A stretch of 64,000 nucleotides of DNA from Octopus bimaculoides. Lineage: Eukaryota. Below the pieces are notes generated by a model, which did not search any database, had not been told where the DNA came from, and worked only from the letters and a program-made list of their open reading frames with translations. The stretch lies in NCBI RefSeq assembly GCF_001194135.2, contig NC_068989.1:36566374-36630373 (forward strand). Reading direction: 5' to 3'. Every line of letters begins with the position of its first letter. The stretch's first letter is position 1. The position numbers and the translations under genes are program-made. Positions 37,969 through 51,446 of this stretch are shown here, one piece after another.

Positions 37969-38023
37969 ATGACACCTGCTTTAACAAGAATATGCCATGC
38001 CTTTAGAAACCTTATGGTTTCAG
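37969..38023 (+). CDS. AURKAIP1: AURKAIP1 / mitoribosomal mS38, first coding exon
   Basis: Acceptor ttttttAG at 37941-37942, ATG at 37969, donor CAG|GTAGGT at 38024. Encodes MTPALTRICHAFRNLMVS (basic, presequence-like), phase 1, in frame with the next exon. Confidence 0.8.
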
Positions 38024-38196
38024 GTAGGTCTTCTGATTTTAATTGGCATCTTGCAATTCAGATTCTTTTCTAACTAGTAAAATTTTGATTGAAATACATA
38101 CAGTAGATATTTCACCAACATGTTGTTAGAACTAGGTTGTGGTTTTTGTCTTTTAAAGCCAGTAATTTATCATATATATTTTTCTTATTTTAATAG

Positions 38197-38816
38197 GCAT
38201 TAGTAAAAGTGAATGGAAGAAGTGTTTACCTGGTCATATGAAATTGTATGATGTATCACACACCAGTCATACATATAGCAGCATGCCAAAGCATTCAACA
38301 GACAACTTATTAAATGGTTATGCAGTGTTGTCTACTTTACCTCACTCAGGAATTTCTTTAAATTTCACGAGACACAACCTTCGCCCTGCCTTGCCTACAG
38401 GTTCAGTGATTGACCCTCTTATTTCACCACTTCCTTTTTACGACTGTCCTGTGAAATCCAATAAAGACGTGTTCCAACTTCCATTTCATTCCCCGACTAT
38501 TATCAGCAAAGAAGATCCTTTATCTTTTCTTAATGAGTGGATTATTGAGTCCCCTTTGGCAATACAAGCCAAAAATATATTGAAAATTAGACGTAGAAAA
38601 ATGAACAGACATCGACTGAAAAAGCTGCGTAAAAGAATGCGATTTGTACGGCGCAAGGAGTTGCATAAACGTCGAAAGAAAAAGGAAAAGCTTTTTCAAG
38701 CGAAACTTCAAGCTAAAATACAAACTGGAATAGACTTTGATGCCGAAGAATTTGTACAAGATAAATTGGCCCTTGCTCGGAAGGGAGGTTATAAAATTGA
38801 TATATTTGGTCGGTGA
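38197..38816 (+). CDS. AURKAIP1: AURKAIP1 / mitoribosomal mS38, main coding exon (spliced product 224 aa)
   Basis: Acceptor ttttaatAG|gc. ORF contains AKNILKIRRRKMNRHRLKKLRKRMRFVRRK, closely matching the AURKAIP1/mS38 (DUF1713, COX24 C-terminal) basic motif. Confidence 0.92.
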
Positions 38817-38850
38817 AACTTATTTCTGAAATTAGTTTGCTCGTATGTTT

Positions 38851-38856
38851 AATAAA
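38851..38856 (+). terminator. Polyadenylation signal of AURKAIP1
   Basis: AATAAA 35 nt after the stop codon, with T-rich sequence downstream. Confidence 0.7.
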
Positions 38857-39845
38857 GCTTGTCATGAAAACTTATTCAAAAGTTTTACTTTTTGGTTGTC
38901 TTTTCAGAGAGATAAATGTCTTTATTTTATATCTTGTGTCTTAATTAATTTAAATATTGGTTTTTGATTTAGGGACAAGGCTAGCAATTTTTAAGAGAGT
39001 TGGGTTAGTTGATTACATCAACCCCAGTACTTTGGCAGGATCAGAACTCAATATAAATACTGCAAGTCATTTTATCAAAACATACTAACAGTTTTGCTAA
39101 TCCATTGAAATATCAAATTGTTGTGTACATCTAACTGGAAAATTTGGTAGTTGGCCTGACAAACTTGAACAGTTTAAACCATTTCTTAGCCTTTGGGTGC
39201 TTTTAGTGGCATTCACTCCATTGCAAGTACTCACAATAAGTTTCCTCTAAGAGGATTATCATGTCTTGCACCAATTCTCACTCCATTATGTATTTTGCGA
39301 ATGTCTGTTAGAGGGGACAGATGGCAGTTGTCTTGCAATATAACCTGCTGTCCAATATGGTAGGATCTTTGCTCTGTGGATAACCTTAAGAGAAGCTGTC
39401 CAAGTGCACACTTCTGTAGCTTGCTTTTCGCTAGTTTATGATTGGTATTCCTGCAAGGACAGAATTTCAAGAAGTTCATGTGTAGTCAATGACATCCAGC
39501 TGGGCTACATACCAGGATTGAAGTAGTGGTTAGTGACAACTCGTGAATTATTTCCTTATAACAAAACCTATTGATGACAAAAATACAAAATAATGTGAAA
39601 TTCACTGAACAAATCTCTCTCTTTTTTTATGAGACATTCATAAACATCAACCTGAATCTTCTCAAACCCATAACTCCTAAATGGTCCACACACAGCTCTA
39701 CTGCTGCAGTATAAAGAAACCGGTGCACAAAACCTGGAAACAAAGTTACCCATCCGCACCAACTAGGTGGCTTTTATCCATCACTTCATTTCTTGCAAGA
39801 CTACCATCTGAAATGTCTAAGTGTCTTAGACAGCCTGCAATCTTA

Positions 39846-39893
<48 letters not shown>

Positions 39894-40113
39894 GTGCAAA
39901 ACAACCTCCAGTTGCTTCTAATCAACAAGACCATTGGTCTTGACAATATCCTTCCTTCAATGCACTAAGCAAGTCCCTATCTTGTCAAACTTCAACCTTA
40001 CTCTACAGAAATCTATCCTGTTCACACAATGTTACTCCATTTATTAACTAATGGAGTAAACTTACACTTTGAACCTACTACATGAAAGAATTAAATTAAA
40101 ATTGCTATATTAA

Positions 40114-40280
40114 CCCTTATTTCTGTTGAGATAGACCAACTTCATTCAATAATGAATTTAGTAAAATAATTTTCATATTATTAAGCTGGTGTCTGAAACC
40201 AATTAACATGAAAAACACTGAAAAAGAAGTTTGCCTCATAGAAGCGAGGTGCGGTCTTAGGTGGGTTGGTATCAAAAGGG
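40114..40280. mobile_element. piggyBac-type MITE, second family
   Basis: TTAA|CCCTT...GGGTTGGTATCAAAAGGG|TTAA. Confidence 0.65.
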
Positions 40281-40352
40281 TTAATGGACTAAGAGAGTAA
40301 AATTTAAGATTACTCCATTAACACACTGATGGAATAAAATTAAAAATTACTT

Positions 40353-40746
40353 CATGTAGCTGTGTGATAAGAAGCTTGCTTTCCAACCACATGGTTCCAG
40401 GTTCAGTCCCACTGCATGGCACCTTGGGCAGGTGACTTCTACTATAACCTCAGGTTGACTGAAACCTTGTAAGTGGATTTATTAAGCGGAAACTGAAACC
40501 TGTTGTATATAACAGGTTTCAGTTTCCGCCTAATAAATGTGTGTGTGCCTCTGTTTGTCCCCCACCCATCACTGCTTGACAACTGGTGGTGGTGTGTTTA
40601 CATCCCCATAACTTAGTGTTTCAGCAAAAGAGACTGATAGAATAAGTACTAGGCTTTGGGGTGTTTTATTCGACTAAAACCCTCCAAGGCAGTGCTCCAG
40701 CATGGCTACAGTCAAATACCTGAACAAAAAAGAATACTAATAGAAT
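40353..40746 (+). mobile_element. SINE family A copy interrupting a palindromic repeat array
   Basis: gctgtgtgataagaagcttgctttccaaccacatgg head through ccagcatggctacagtc tail. Confidence 0.8.
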
Positions 40747-40984
40747 AAAATTTTAAAATCACTCTGTTATCATGGTAATGGAGTTAACTTTAAAATTACT
40801 CCATTATCAGACTAATGGAGTAAACTTTAGATGACCAAACCTCACTTAAAATTACATCCTTCAAAATGAACAACACAGCACAGTGTTGTCTTAGATATAT
40901 TATGTCTGTAAAACAAAGGGATGGTCCTGGCAGGAATGCCATTCTATGATACGTCTGGTTGGTTAAAGCTGACCTAAGTCTAAG

Positions 40985-41900
40985 TAACAATTTAAACCCT
41001 TTTGATGAAGTTGACCATGGTATGATATGTCAAAAGCTATGTAATCTCAGCATAGTCAGAAAACTTGTAGAGTGGCTACATGACTCTAAAAGAGAGAAAT
41101 CAAGTAGTTGTCAGCTGGGCTACCTCCAAAGAAATGCAAATAATGACTGGTGTTCCATAGGGTGCTGTCTTGTGTAGGCCTCTCAGACATGCCCTCAGCT
41201 GCTTAGCTCTGTATTGCGCAAATGCAATAGGTATTGGATGCAATACAGAGATCGGCTGAGAACAGTAACATGCTGTTTAATGCTGGAAAATTCCAAGCCC
41301 TGCGTTACCAACACATGAAGCTGAATAAAAAGCAGACAGGATACACTGGGCCAGGAGGGACTGCAATCCTTGAATCAAAATTGGTGTGTGACCTGGAAAT
41401 TGATATGAATAATGATGCATATTACTAAGTTGGCAATAATGCAGATGGTTGGTTGGGTGGATACTTTCAGAATGAGAGAACGGGAAACCATGATAGTCCT
41501 CTGGAGGACATTTGTCCTCAGCTGTTTAGACTATTGCTTCCAACTGTGGTCACTACACAGTGTAAAATTAACGATGGAGCTCGAAGCAATCCAGTGAAGC
41601 TACTCAAAGGTCATCTCAGTATGACATGTCAGCTACTGGGAGAGACTGAAAAAATTGAGTCTACTCCCCAGAACAAAGATAGGAAAGATATACAGTGACA
41701 GACATCTGGAGAATCCTAGAACTTGTACTAAACTTTGGCATTGAAAGTTACATGAAGAGCAGAATGGGGTGCCAAAAATCTCAACATTGCCATCAGGACC
41801 AGATACTGCAACAGCTTAGATTTGAGGGGCCCACAGCTCTTCAAAATCCTATCAAAAATGCTTGAGAGATCTATATGGAATGGACAGGTGTTTTCAAAAC
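40985..41900 (+). mobile_element. Decayed non-RTE LINE (CR1/L2/Jockey-like) RT and C-terminal region
   Basis: FDEVDHGMICQKL, FNAGKFQALRY, LWRTFVLSCLDYCFQLWS, with multiple frameshifts. Confidence 0.7.
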
Positions 41901-41989
41901 ATCAAACTTAGGATCCATAATTGCTTCCTCCAATAGATGCAAACTTCACTGCCTGAGTTTAGACTCTATGATCTATCCCCTTAAACCCC

Positions 41990-42850
41990 ACTCCAATCTG
42001 CTTAGTAGCAATAATACAACCTTTAGAAACCCCATCTGATTCAATAACACCAACCTAATGCTACTCCCCATACTACTACCAATATGACCACGTATAGCAG
42101 CAGTGACACCCCCTCACCTGTACAGATAACACCTGCACTTTGATGGTGACTGACTATACGAACCAGACATTTCTGGGGATCAATTCCAACCCAACTGCAG
42201 GCAGGGAAGCCTGCAAATGTTGGATGTCTTAACCCTGCCCCCTTGGAGGTTTCTGTATATGCAAAAATGTAGTCTACAAATGCTGGATGGTAACAATATG
42301 CTTCCATCGGGCAAGAGTCTATATTAGTGGCACTGTTGATTTCAAGTGTTGCTTCTGAGCACACATAAATACTTTCTCCAATCGAACTCTAAATAATCTA
42401 TATCTCTAGCAACTTACACAACCTCACGTCCCAAAACATTCCTTACACCCTATCCTGGTCCATTATCTCTAAGGATCCCCCTATAGAACACTGTAAACTG
42501 TGTTTATGGGAGTTTCTTGCCATCCTTTGCAACCACAATCCCTCATTACTTAATAGAATCTCAGATGTAATCCTTTCATGTAAACACAAATTCTACTCAT
42601 CATTTACCCATTATGTAAAATCTATGAAATTCCCAAATAACAATACAACCTTAAGTTACAACTTAGCTGCTCTAGCAACATATCCCTTCTACTTACACCA
42701 CTCCTATTATATGTATCTCTCTTACTATTCCCTTTGCACTTTCCTCTTACTCAGTACATTCTCCTTTACCACCACTCCATCTTCATACTTTGAACTCCTT
42801 CTCTTTCTAGCTTTTTTCACCAGAACCATTTAGCACTACCTATCCCTTGC
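41990..42850 (+). mobile_element. Penelope-like element 3' part (GIY-YIG endonuclease plus 3' UTR)
   Basis: CPLGGFCICKNVVYKC...RVYISG...IPYTLSWSIISK...CKLCLWEFLAIL...LLNRISDVILSCKH. Confidence 0.8.
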
Positions 42851-43599
42851 TCTTCACTTCATTACCAATCTACCCCTCCTTCCTACTTCAGCACTCTCCC
42901 TCTGCTGCCAGCCCATCTTTATTCCTTGAATTCTCCCATTGCCACCCTACTGCGTCTATAACTGGATCCCTTCCTTCCAATTTTAATACTCATCCTTCCC
43001 TTTCTCAGTTCTATAGCCCCACCATCCCTAACTATTAACACCTATTGTCAAACCCAACAAGGACCACTCCTCACAATGCTATGCATCTCCTAACTCTCCA
43101 CTTACCTCAATACCCTGATCACTTAGCCCCACTTTTTTCCTGCTCTGACTCTCTTCTTGCCTCAACACTCCCCACACCCATCTTGAGCCACTTCTGTTGG
43201 CCTTCCTCTTCACCCACTCTACCTTTAAATTTCCCTGCATTATGATTTGAAATGTTAGATACCTATCTCTTCACCCTGAAGATGGAGATTGGATATACCT
43301 AATGTTTATATACTTCCACTACTGGTTGCATCATCAATCATCCTTGTCGTTTAATGCCTGCCTTCCATGCTAGCATGGGTGGGATGGTTTCACAAGAGCT
43401 GGCCGGGCAGAAGCCTGCACCAGACTTCTGTGACTGTTTTGGCAGAATTTTTACAGCTGGATGCCCTTCCTAACACCAACCACTCAGCAGAGTGGGCTTA
43501 GTGCTTTTTATGTGGCACAGGCGAGGTCAGTTTTGGCAAGGTTTTTACACACTTTACAGTGTAGACTGGGTGCTTTTAAGTGGCACCCACACTGACAGG

Positions 43600-44460
43600 G
43601 TCAACAAGTACTTGCAAGAAATAAAATTTTCAAACTTTCAAGAGGGGAGGGGGCATTGAAGGAGGTGATCTTGTGTTGGATGATGAAAGATTTTAGTGAG
43701 ACAGAAGCAGATGTCTTGCTGTAGAGGAAGTACAGGGTTACCCGGCCGGGGAGAGAGAGATCAGGAATAAAAGCAGAAACAGGTGCGCTACTGCAAAGGT
43801 AACCCAACTTGAGGGAAGTGCAGGAGGAGAGTGGGAGACAGCAGGATAGAGATGGAGGCAAAATGCCGAGCATACTCACAAGGGATGAGGATAAGAATAT
43901 AAATGGGAAGGTTGAGTAAAGGAAGAGAGATATAATGGTAGCAAGTGCCAGGGCATACCCTTGAGATTCGAATGCCATAATATAAGTGGCAGGATATTGT
44001 GAAGGAAGTGTGATTAAAGAGTGCAAGGGGGAGGTGCGGTGAGTGGTGAAGACCTGGGTATATATAGAGTCGGTGGCTACCAGATAGCAATGATACAGAG
44101 GAACAGGGCCAAGAAGACAGGATTGGGGAGTGAGAGCTAGGTATAGTGTATGAAGGAGGAAATGTGAGGAAGAGATGTAGAGATGTAGTTTGGTTTGTTG
44201 TGGCAGAACGTGTAAGAAGTTTTGTTATATGTGGGTGGAACACATGTCAGAGGCTAGCAGATAGCAATAATACAGTGAGACAGGGCATGTGGGTGGAACA
44301 TATAGATTGAGAGCTAAGGGAGAGCAATGATACAGTGGCACAGGGTCAAGAAGACAGGATTGGGGAGTGACAGCTAGGTATAGTGTATGAAGGAGGAAAT
44401 GTGAGGAAGAGATGTAGAGATGTAGTTTGGTTTGTTGTGGCAGAACGTGTGAGAAGTTTA
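43600..44460. repeat. Unclassified dispersed repeat with internal tandem subrepeats; second copy at about 21590-22090
   Basis: Shared ggcaggatattgtgaaggaagtgtgattaaagagtgcaaggggg...cctgggtatatata and repeated gatagcaatgatacag units. Confidence 0.7.
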
Positions 44461-47400
44461 CTTGTTAAGTGGTTTTATTAATTTATTTGCTTCATTATCT
44501 CCATATTTGCTTGCCTGGATTCCTCTTATAGCCATTCTTTACCCTGTAGACTTAGTCCTCAGTAAAGGTTTTGTAGTGTAAGTTCAAATCAATTGAGTGC
44601 CACTAATTGATTTCTATACTGAGCTTCTCTGGATTTCATCAGTTGACTCTATGCACACACAAACACACATGCATGTACGCACACACATTAAGGGACTTCT
44701 TTCAGTTTCTGTCTGCCAAATCCACTCACCAGGCTTTTGTTGGCCCATGGATGTAGTGGAAGATATTTATCCAAGATGCTATGAAATGGGACTGAATTCA
44801 AAACCAAATCTCTATATAGCCATCTGAATAAAGCACCAAAATGAGAGTTCAATCAACAAATACTGGGAAATATGAGTTTCAAGAGGTTGTGAACTACAAT
44901 AGTACTAAAACAAGAATCAAGAAGTCAGGTTGGTGACAAGTTGCTCACAAAGAAGATCAACAAGTGTACATTTATGAGCCTCTCACAGCTGCTATTACTT
45001 TATTGTTGGCAAACATAACTCTAACCAGATTGTTTAGTTAATGACACCCTAAAATGGTGCATGAGATCCATTTACTTTGACCAACAATATGGCAACAAGA
45101 AGAGATAAGGTAGAAAGTTAATTCAACATCTTTTATCTTTTACTTGTTTCAGTTATGCTGGGGCACCACCCTGAAGAATTTTTAGTTGAATGTACCAACC
45201 CCAGTACTTATTGCTTTTTTAAAGCCTGGTACTTATTCTGTCGGTCTGTTTTGCCAAACTGCTAAGTTACAGAGATGTAAACACACCAGCACCGGTTGTC
45301 AAGTGGTGGTTGTGGAAAGGACAGACACAACAACACATACATACTTGTAGATGATGGGCTTCTTTCAGTTTCTGTCAACCAAATCTACTCACAAGGCTTT
45401 GGTCAGCCCGAGGCTATAGTAGAAGACACTTGCCCATGGTGCCACAGTGGAACTGAACTCCAAACCATGTGGTTGGGAAGCAAGCTTAACCAGTATGAAT
45501 GAGCTGAGACTTTTTTGTTATTACATCATAGTTGCTATGTATTTATTTGTTTGCAGATATATTAACATTTTCAACTGACAACTTCATTAAAAGAAGGTTT
45601 TGTTTGTGAATGAAAGAAACAGACTTGAAGACAAATATTTGATGAAAGCTAATTGAAATGATAGGTGTGATTGTGTGGTGAGAAGTTTGCTTTCAAACAA
45701 CATGGTTTTGGATTCAGTTCCAGTGTGGCACCTTTAGCATGTGTCTTCTATTATTCCAGGCCAACAAAAGATTTGTGAGTGGATTGGGTAGCTGGAGACT
45801 GAAAAAAGTCTGTTATATACATAGCTATGTGTGTGTACGCATATGCATTATGACATCCTTACCTCGACACTGTATGATAGTCATAAAATGAGTGCCACTG
45901 TCATGCATATAGTGTCCTTTCTTTCTGAACTTCCATAAGAATATGATCATAGAAAAATTCACCTGAGGGTTGGTGATAGGAAGGGCATCTGCCTATAGAA
46001 AATTCCATCCAACCCACACAAGGATAGAAAAGTGGACATTAAAACAACAATGATGATGATGATAATGGTGAGAGCAAATAAATCCAAGATGATACTGCTG
46101 CTGCTTAACATCCATCCCTCATTCTCATCTAGTCCTACACTATTTTCCTCTGATCCCTGCTCCTTTTCTGTGCCTTCAGTTATCTCTCCCTTCTCTCTGA
46201 GCTACATCTTAGAGCTGCCATGTGACATCTTTAACACTTCTCATATCTGCCATTGATGTTTCTTCCCTTCACTGTTGTCACCCCACTCACTATATTCACC
46301 CCTATGTACCTCTGTTGTCCATCTTCCTCCCCACCGCACTTACTCTCTGCACATCATGACCCTACTTTCTGATGTATCTACAAGTTTATGACACAGTTTC
46401 TCTTCTCCCTTCCTGTGCTATAACTTCTCAGCTCCCATTTCCTGCATCACTTCTATCTCTCTCACCTTCCCCCTCTCTATATATTGATGTTTATCATCAG
46501 CCATACTGCCACCCCTTGTTCATCATTCACAATATTTAAGCTTACCCCTATCTCTGTCACTTTCCTCTTACACTCTAATGAAATTACCCACCCTCTTCCC
46601 CCTCCAATCCCTTGTCCTTATCCTCTCTTATACTCACCTTCTTGCACCTTGAGAATATGCTTTGTCACCTCATCACCACCATCTTTATCCTTTTTCCAGC
46701 TATTCACATCCACCCTCAGATAATGCAGGGTAGCCATGTATCTCTTCTATGGCAAGACATCTGTGCTTGTTCCTCTGTGATACTTTAGCCTCTCAACATC
46801 TGGTATAAAGCTACCTCTTTCTCTCTCAAATACATTCTGAGTCAGTTAAGGAGGCTGTTTTTATTCATCTTGCAAGGTGACCTCATTAGTGCCGGTGTCA
46901 CAAAAAAAAACAACAAGGAAAAAAAATCACCCATAACACACTGTAAAGTAGTGTTTAGGAAAAGCATCCCGCTATAGAAACCATGCCAAAGCTGACGGTA
47001 GAGCTTGATGCAGTCTTGTGGCTTATTAGATCCTGTCAAACTATCCAACTCATGCTAGGATGGTAAACAGATATTAAATGATGGTGATGGAGGTGAAGGG
47101 TTAATAACTGACAGAGTGAAACTGTTGTGTGCACACATGATGTTGCAAATATTAGAGCATTCATGATATGATCTTGTAAAAAGAAGGTAAAAAAATTTGT
47201 AAAATGAACATTGTGATATTTTATTGACCATTAATTAATGGACTAATTTCATTGAAGGGGTGTATGCTGCCATAATTTATAATTTCATTATGGAGGTATA
47301 TACGAACATCATGCGTATATGCCAAATTTAGGTTTAAAAATCTGATGCAGGATTCATAGGTTTAAAAAAATATTTTAAATATTTAAAAAATTAATAAAAC

Positions 47401-48819
47401 ATTTTATTTCGAGCAAAGTCTATCACAAGTAGCCACAGAGTTTAATATTTTGTATTACTATACAGCTGACATCTGTATTACTATACAGTTACAAGGCCAC
47501 AGTCTTTAATATCTATTACTATACATCTGACAGCGTTACAGTCTTTAATATCTGTATTAGTATACAGCTTATGGGGGAGAAGGGAATGAAGATTGCTCAG
47601 GCAGACTGAAGCTAGGATATTTTCTCTTGTACTCATCTCTGAGTAGTGTGATTGTACTCCTTTGTGAATTTCCAGCTTCAAAAAGGAAAATTGCTAAAAA
47701 AACAATATCAATGATCAATAAACTGCACATTACTTCTACCGAAGCAGAGTATTTCTGTCCAAATAGAAAATATTGATGTCACCAACATTAATGTCTCTGT
47801 CTGTGAATAGTGAAGTGAATGAGCCATCTAAAATGATACACAACTGACTTCTGTTCCTTGGGAGGAGATGGTTATCTTTCAGTTAAAAATTAAACAAGTG
47901 CTTTCTGCAAAAATAATTAGCTTTAGAAAGGGTATTCAATCACTAGTAAAAGCATTACTTTAAAAAGCTCTGTTTAAACACATGGAACATTAAAAAAAAT
48001 AAGAATGATGATGTTAATGGTAATAGTTCTGTGGAGAGGAATGGACTGAAGCAGTGCCACTCAATGCAAAAAACTCCCCCCTCCCTAAAAAAAAAAACGA
48101 AACAAAACAAACAAAAATGACTTGATTAATATAACCAAGATATGAATGTCTGAAATTAGAATGATTTGAAAAAACATTATAACAATAATATGCTTACAGT
48201 AACCTATTTGTATAGCAAAAACAAACTACACAAATACTTTTGATTCATAAGAAATATTTATGTATATATAATAATATATACATATATGGCTTGCAAAATA
48301 AACACTCTATACAAAATTTACAAATCCAACCATACTTGTTAAATTTTACTTGCCATTCATGCACATAATCACACACACACACACAAAACCCACCCACCCA
48401 TTTTATGAGTATTTTAAAGATTGAAGTCCCTGTCATCAAGGAAATATTTAAGCACATTTCAGGACAAAATACCTGTAACAAAGTGTGAATTTTATCAAAC
48501 TAATTACTTGGCCAAATTTAAACAAAGGAAAATAAAATAAAACAAAATTATATATCGTTTCCAAATTTTTCATAGCCCTTTGGTATGGATTTTGATTGGA
48601 GAGTGGCCTAATTAGCTGGTAATATTGACAACAGATTGTTTGTAGGTTGTGCTGAAAGGTGTGAACAACTATTTGTCTATCCCTTGTTTTATCACATTAT
48701 GCCTGCACTTCAGAGGGCAAACAATATTTATCCTCTGGGTGCAGAGTTCAGGAAACTTGCACAGATCTGAGTGGATGAAATCCTGACATCGTTCTGTAAT
48801 TATTTTCAAACTGTTTTTG

Positions 48820-48948
48820 TCATTTATTACAAACAACTGGTTCTAAAAGATGAAGTTCTGTGCCTTGTGTTAAAATTGGAAAATGATTATCCTTGTGATA
48901 ATTTACAAGATGACTAATACTGTCAAATTTACAATCCTTTGTTCGGAC
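48820..48948 (-). CDS. Shc: Shc adaptor, last coding exon (not in the ORF track)
   Basis: tctttcAG| then VRTKDCKFDSISHLVNYHKDNHFPILTQGTELHLLEPVVCNK-stop, matching the Shc C-terminus VRTKD..F.S.SHL..YH.DN..PI. Confidence 0.95.
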   Translation of the reverse strand, partial: VRTKDCKFDSISHLVNYHKDNHFPILTQGTELHLLEPVVCNK

Positions 48949-49946
48949 CTGAAAGAGAATAAAGAAGAGTTAAGGTAAAACTGGGACACAATTTCATCAC
49001 CAAATATGAATAAAAAATTTGAATAAAAATAAAAAGAATGAATAGAGACATTTAATTTATTAAGTTTATGCATTTGTTTTACAAGATTCTTGATGTGAAA
49101 CCACAAGTTGAAACAGATATTGTTATATTTGGGGATGATCATTTTTGTCTTTTTACCAATTAATCACATGCACTATATATTTGTTCTTCACTTCAGCTTT
49201 ATTATTATTCGTATTTTAGTGTCCATTGTCTCAAATCTTTCATCACACATTCTGTGACTTCTTCAGTGGCTATTTAGTCCTTTCTGGCTGAAAGACAGAA
49301 TGGACTTAACAACAGAAGGGGACATGTAGGATGGAGAGTCACTGAAGTACACGTGGTTAATTGGCAAAAGAAAAAAAATGACCATCCCCAAATTTAACAA
49401 TATATTTAATTTATATTATGCGAAAATTATAAAATACAAAATTCTTTTGAAATTCACAAGGGAGCTTTTAAATTAATTGAGAAAAATTCCTTATCTATTT
49501 TATAGAAGTTGGGGATAAACAAAAAAAAAGTCAATTCCGGTGTCAATTGAATCTGTAAGCCATAGGCACTGATTGTGTTTGGTTTAATGCCAAACCAATT
49601 TTTATACAGAGAGAGAGTTGAATCAGATCCAGTGTAATGCTAGTAGTTGTGAAGAATAAAAGACAAAAGCAACACTCAGGGAATTTGAACTGATAGACTT
49701 GAAATTAAATATAATGTATTTAGTCAAGTACTCTGTTGTCTCAACGAATTCAATAACGCTTATAAACCTTATACACACATATATGGTGTGGCTGTGTAGT
49801 AAGAAGCTTGCTTCCTAACCATATGGTTCCAGGTTCAGTCCCACTGTGTGGCACCTGGGGCAAGTGTCTTCTACAGTAGCCTCGGGATGACCAAAGCCTT
49901 GTGAGTGGATGTGGTAGATGGAAACTGAAAGAAGCCCATTGTGTGC

Positions 49947-49990
<44 letters not shown>

Positions 49991-50074
49991 CTTTGTGTTT
50001 GTCCCCCAACACTTCTTGAGAACTGCGGAATAAAAGATAATCAGATGGGGTAATATACAGCATTAACATTCCTC

Positions 50075-50334
50075 ACACTTTCTATTACGCTGTTACCTTC
50101 ATTGAACTCATAAAGCAAAATATGCTGAATATGTTTCTTTGTCACTTCCATTATAGCTTTGGAAAAATAACTGTTAAAATCGAACTGCACTCTTCAAAAC
50201 TTACACTGAGAATAAATACAAGGTAAAATTACTACCTGCTTCTGTATCAAGTTGATGCAGGCAGTTTATCCCATCCCTTCCGACTTTTAGCTAATGCAGT
50301 TGAAAAAAAACACATTATTCATGGGATGATCCAA
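50075..50334 (-). mobile_element. 5' fragment of the same mariner family, in the last Shc intron
   Basis: One TIR (ttggatcatcccatgaataat) plus transposase start, similar to about 14935-15180. Confidence 0.85.
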
Positions 50335-50768
50335 TATATACATATTTTATTTTTGATTTTTGATTTTGATTATTAACGCTCATACTTGAAAATGTAAATA
50401 TATTTAAATTCAGTCTTTTTTTTGATCTGTGAATCCTCAAATATCAAAAATTACACTGAAGAGATTCTTACCCACAATCAATGGATTTTTATAATTTAAT
50501 TATGGGTAAGAATCGAAACAATTTTATGTAATTTGTATTTCACATTTATTAATTATTTCATATATTTTATGATAAGAATATAATATAATATTTTGTTAAT
50601 AAATTTTAATTTTGAATTGACAATTATATATCTCCATTTTCTTTCCATTTTTATAAATTTAATATATACACATGTGAATTGTTAAATTTTTCTCTACTAA
50701 ATTGGGTATTAAACAGCTGAGCCAGTGAAAAAGTAGATGTTTTCATCCCTATTTTCCTTGTACTGAAT

Positions 50769-50799
<31 letters not shown>

Positions 50800-51446
50800 A
50801 AACAAGAGCCTCTCCATTATGATTTGACAATCTATTTTTCTCATTTCCTTTTTTTGTATGATGTTTACTTAATTATTTAAAAAAAAAAGAAGTTTTTCAT
50901 CTTTAATTATCCATACAGTGGTTTTATAAATTTAAATGTCAAAATGAAGAAATTTTACAGCTGGCTGCTCTTTCAAGCAACAAACAACTGAGCCATGAAC
51001 TCTGAGTGGAAACTAATCTTCAGCTATGTAATTGCTATGAAATCATTGTTAACTTCCAGTCTATGTGTCCTTTGGTATACAGTAGTTAAGGCTGTCAGCC
51101 ACCATTTGCAATAATTGTGACCTCGTTCCTTGAATCATGAAATTGAATATTTGGACTCAATAAAACAATTTATTTTTTCAGTAACACAGTCTCTAATCCT
51201 AACAATTTAACTCAAGTGTTTTCCAAAACAATTATTTTCCATATTTGAGCCAGAAATTCCTCTAGTCAAATACAACTACAGGAAAAGTTTCTTCAGACAG
51301 AAAGCTTTGATGACATGTCATTAGATACATGCACAGAAAAGACACACTGGTAAACTACATTCCTAAATTTTCTAACAGAATTCTCACAAGGATTTGGTCA
51401 GCCTTATGGAGCTCTAAGTTTCTGTGTCTTTCCAGTATGGTGGTCA

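Noticed and set aside
43276-43300. CTGAAGA-TGGAG... downstream of the PLE 3' end as a hammerhead
   Set aside because: No GAAA or completed stem II follows; at most a truncated remnant.
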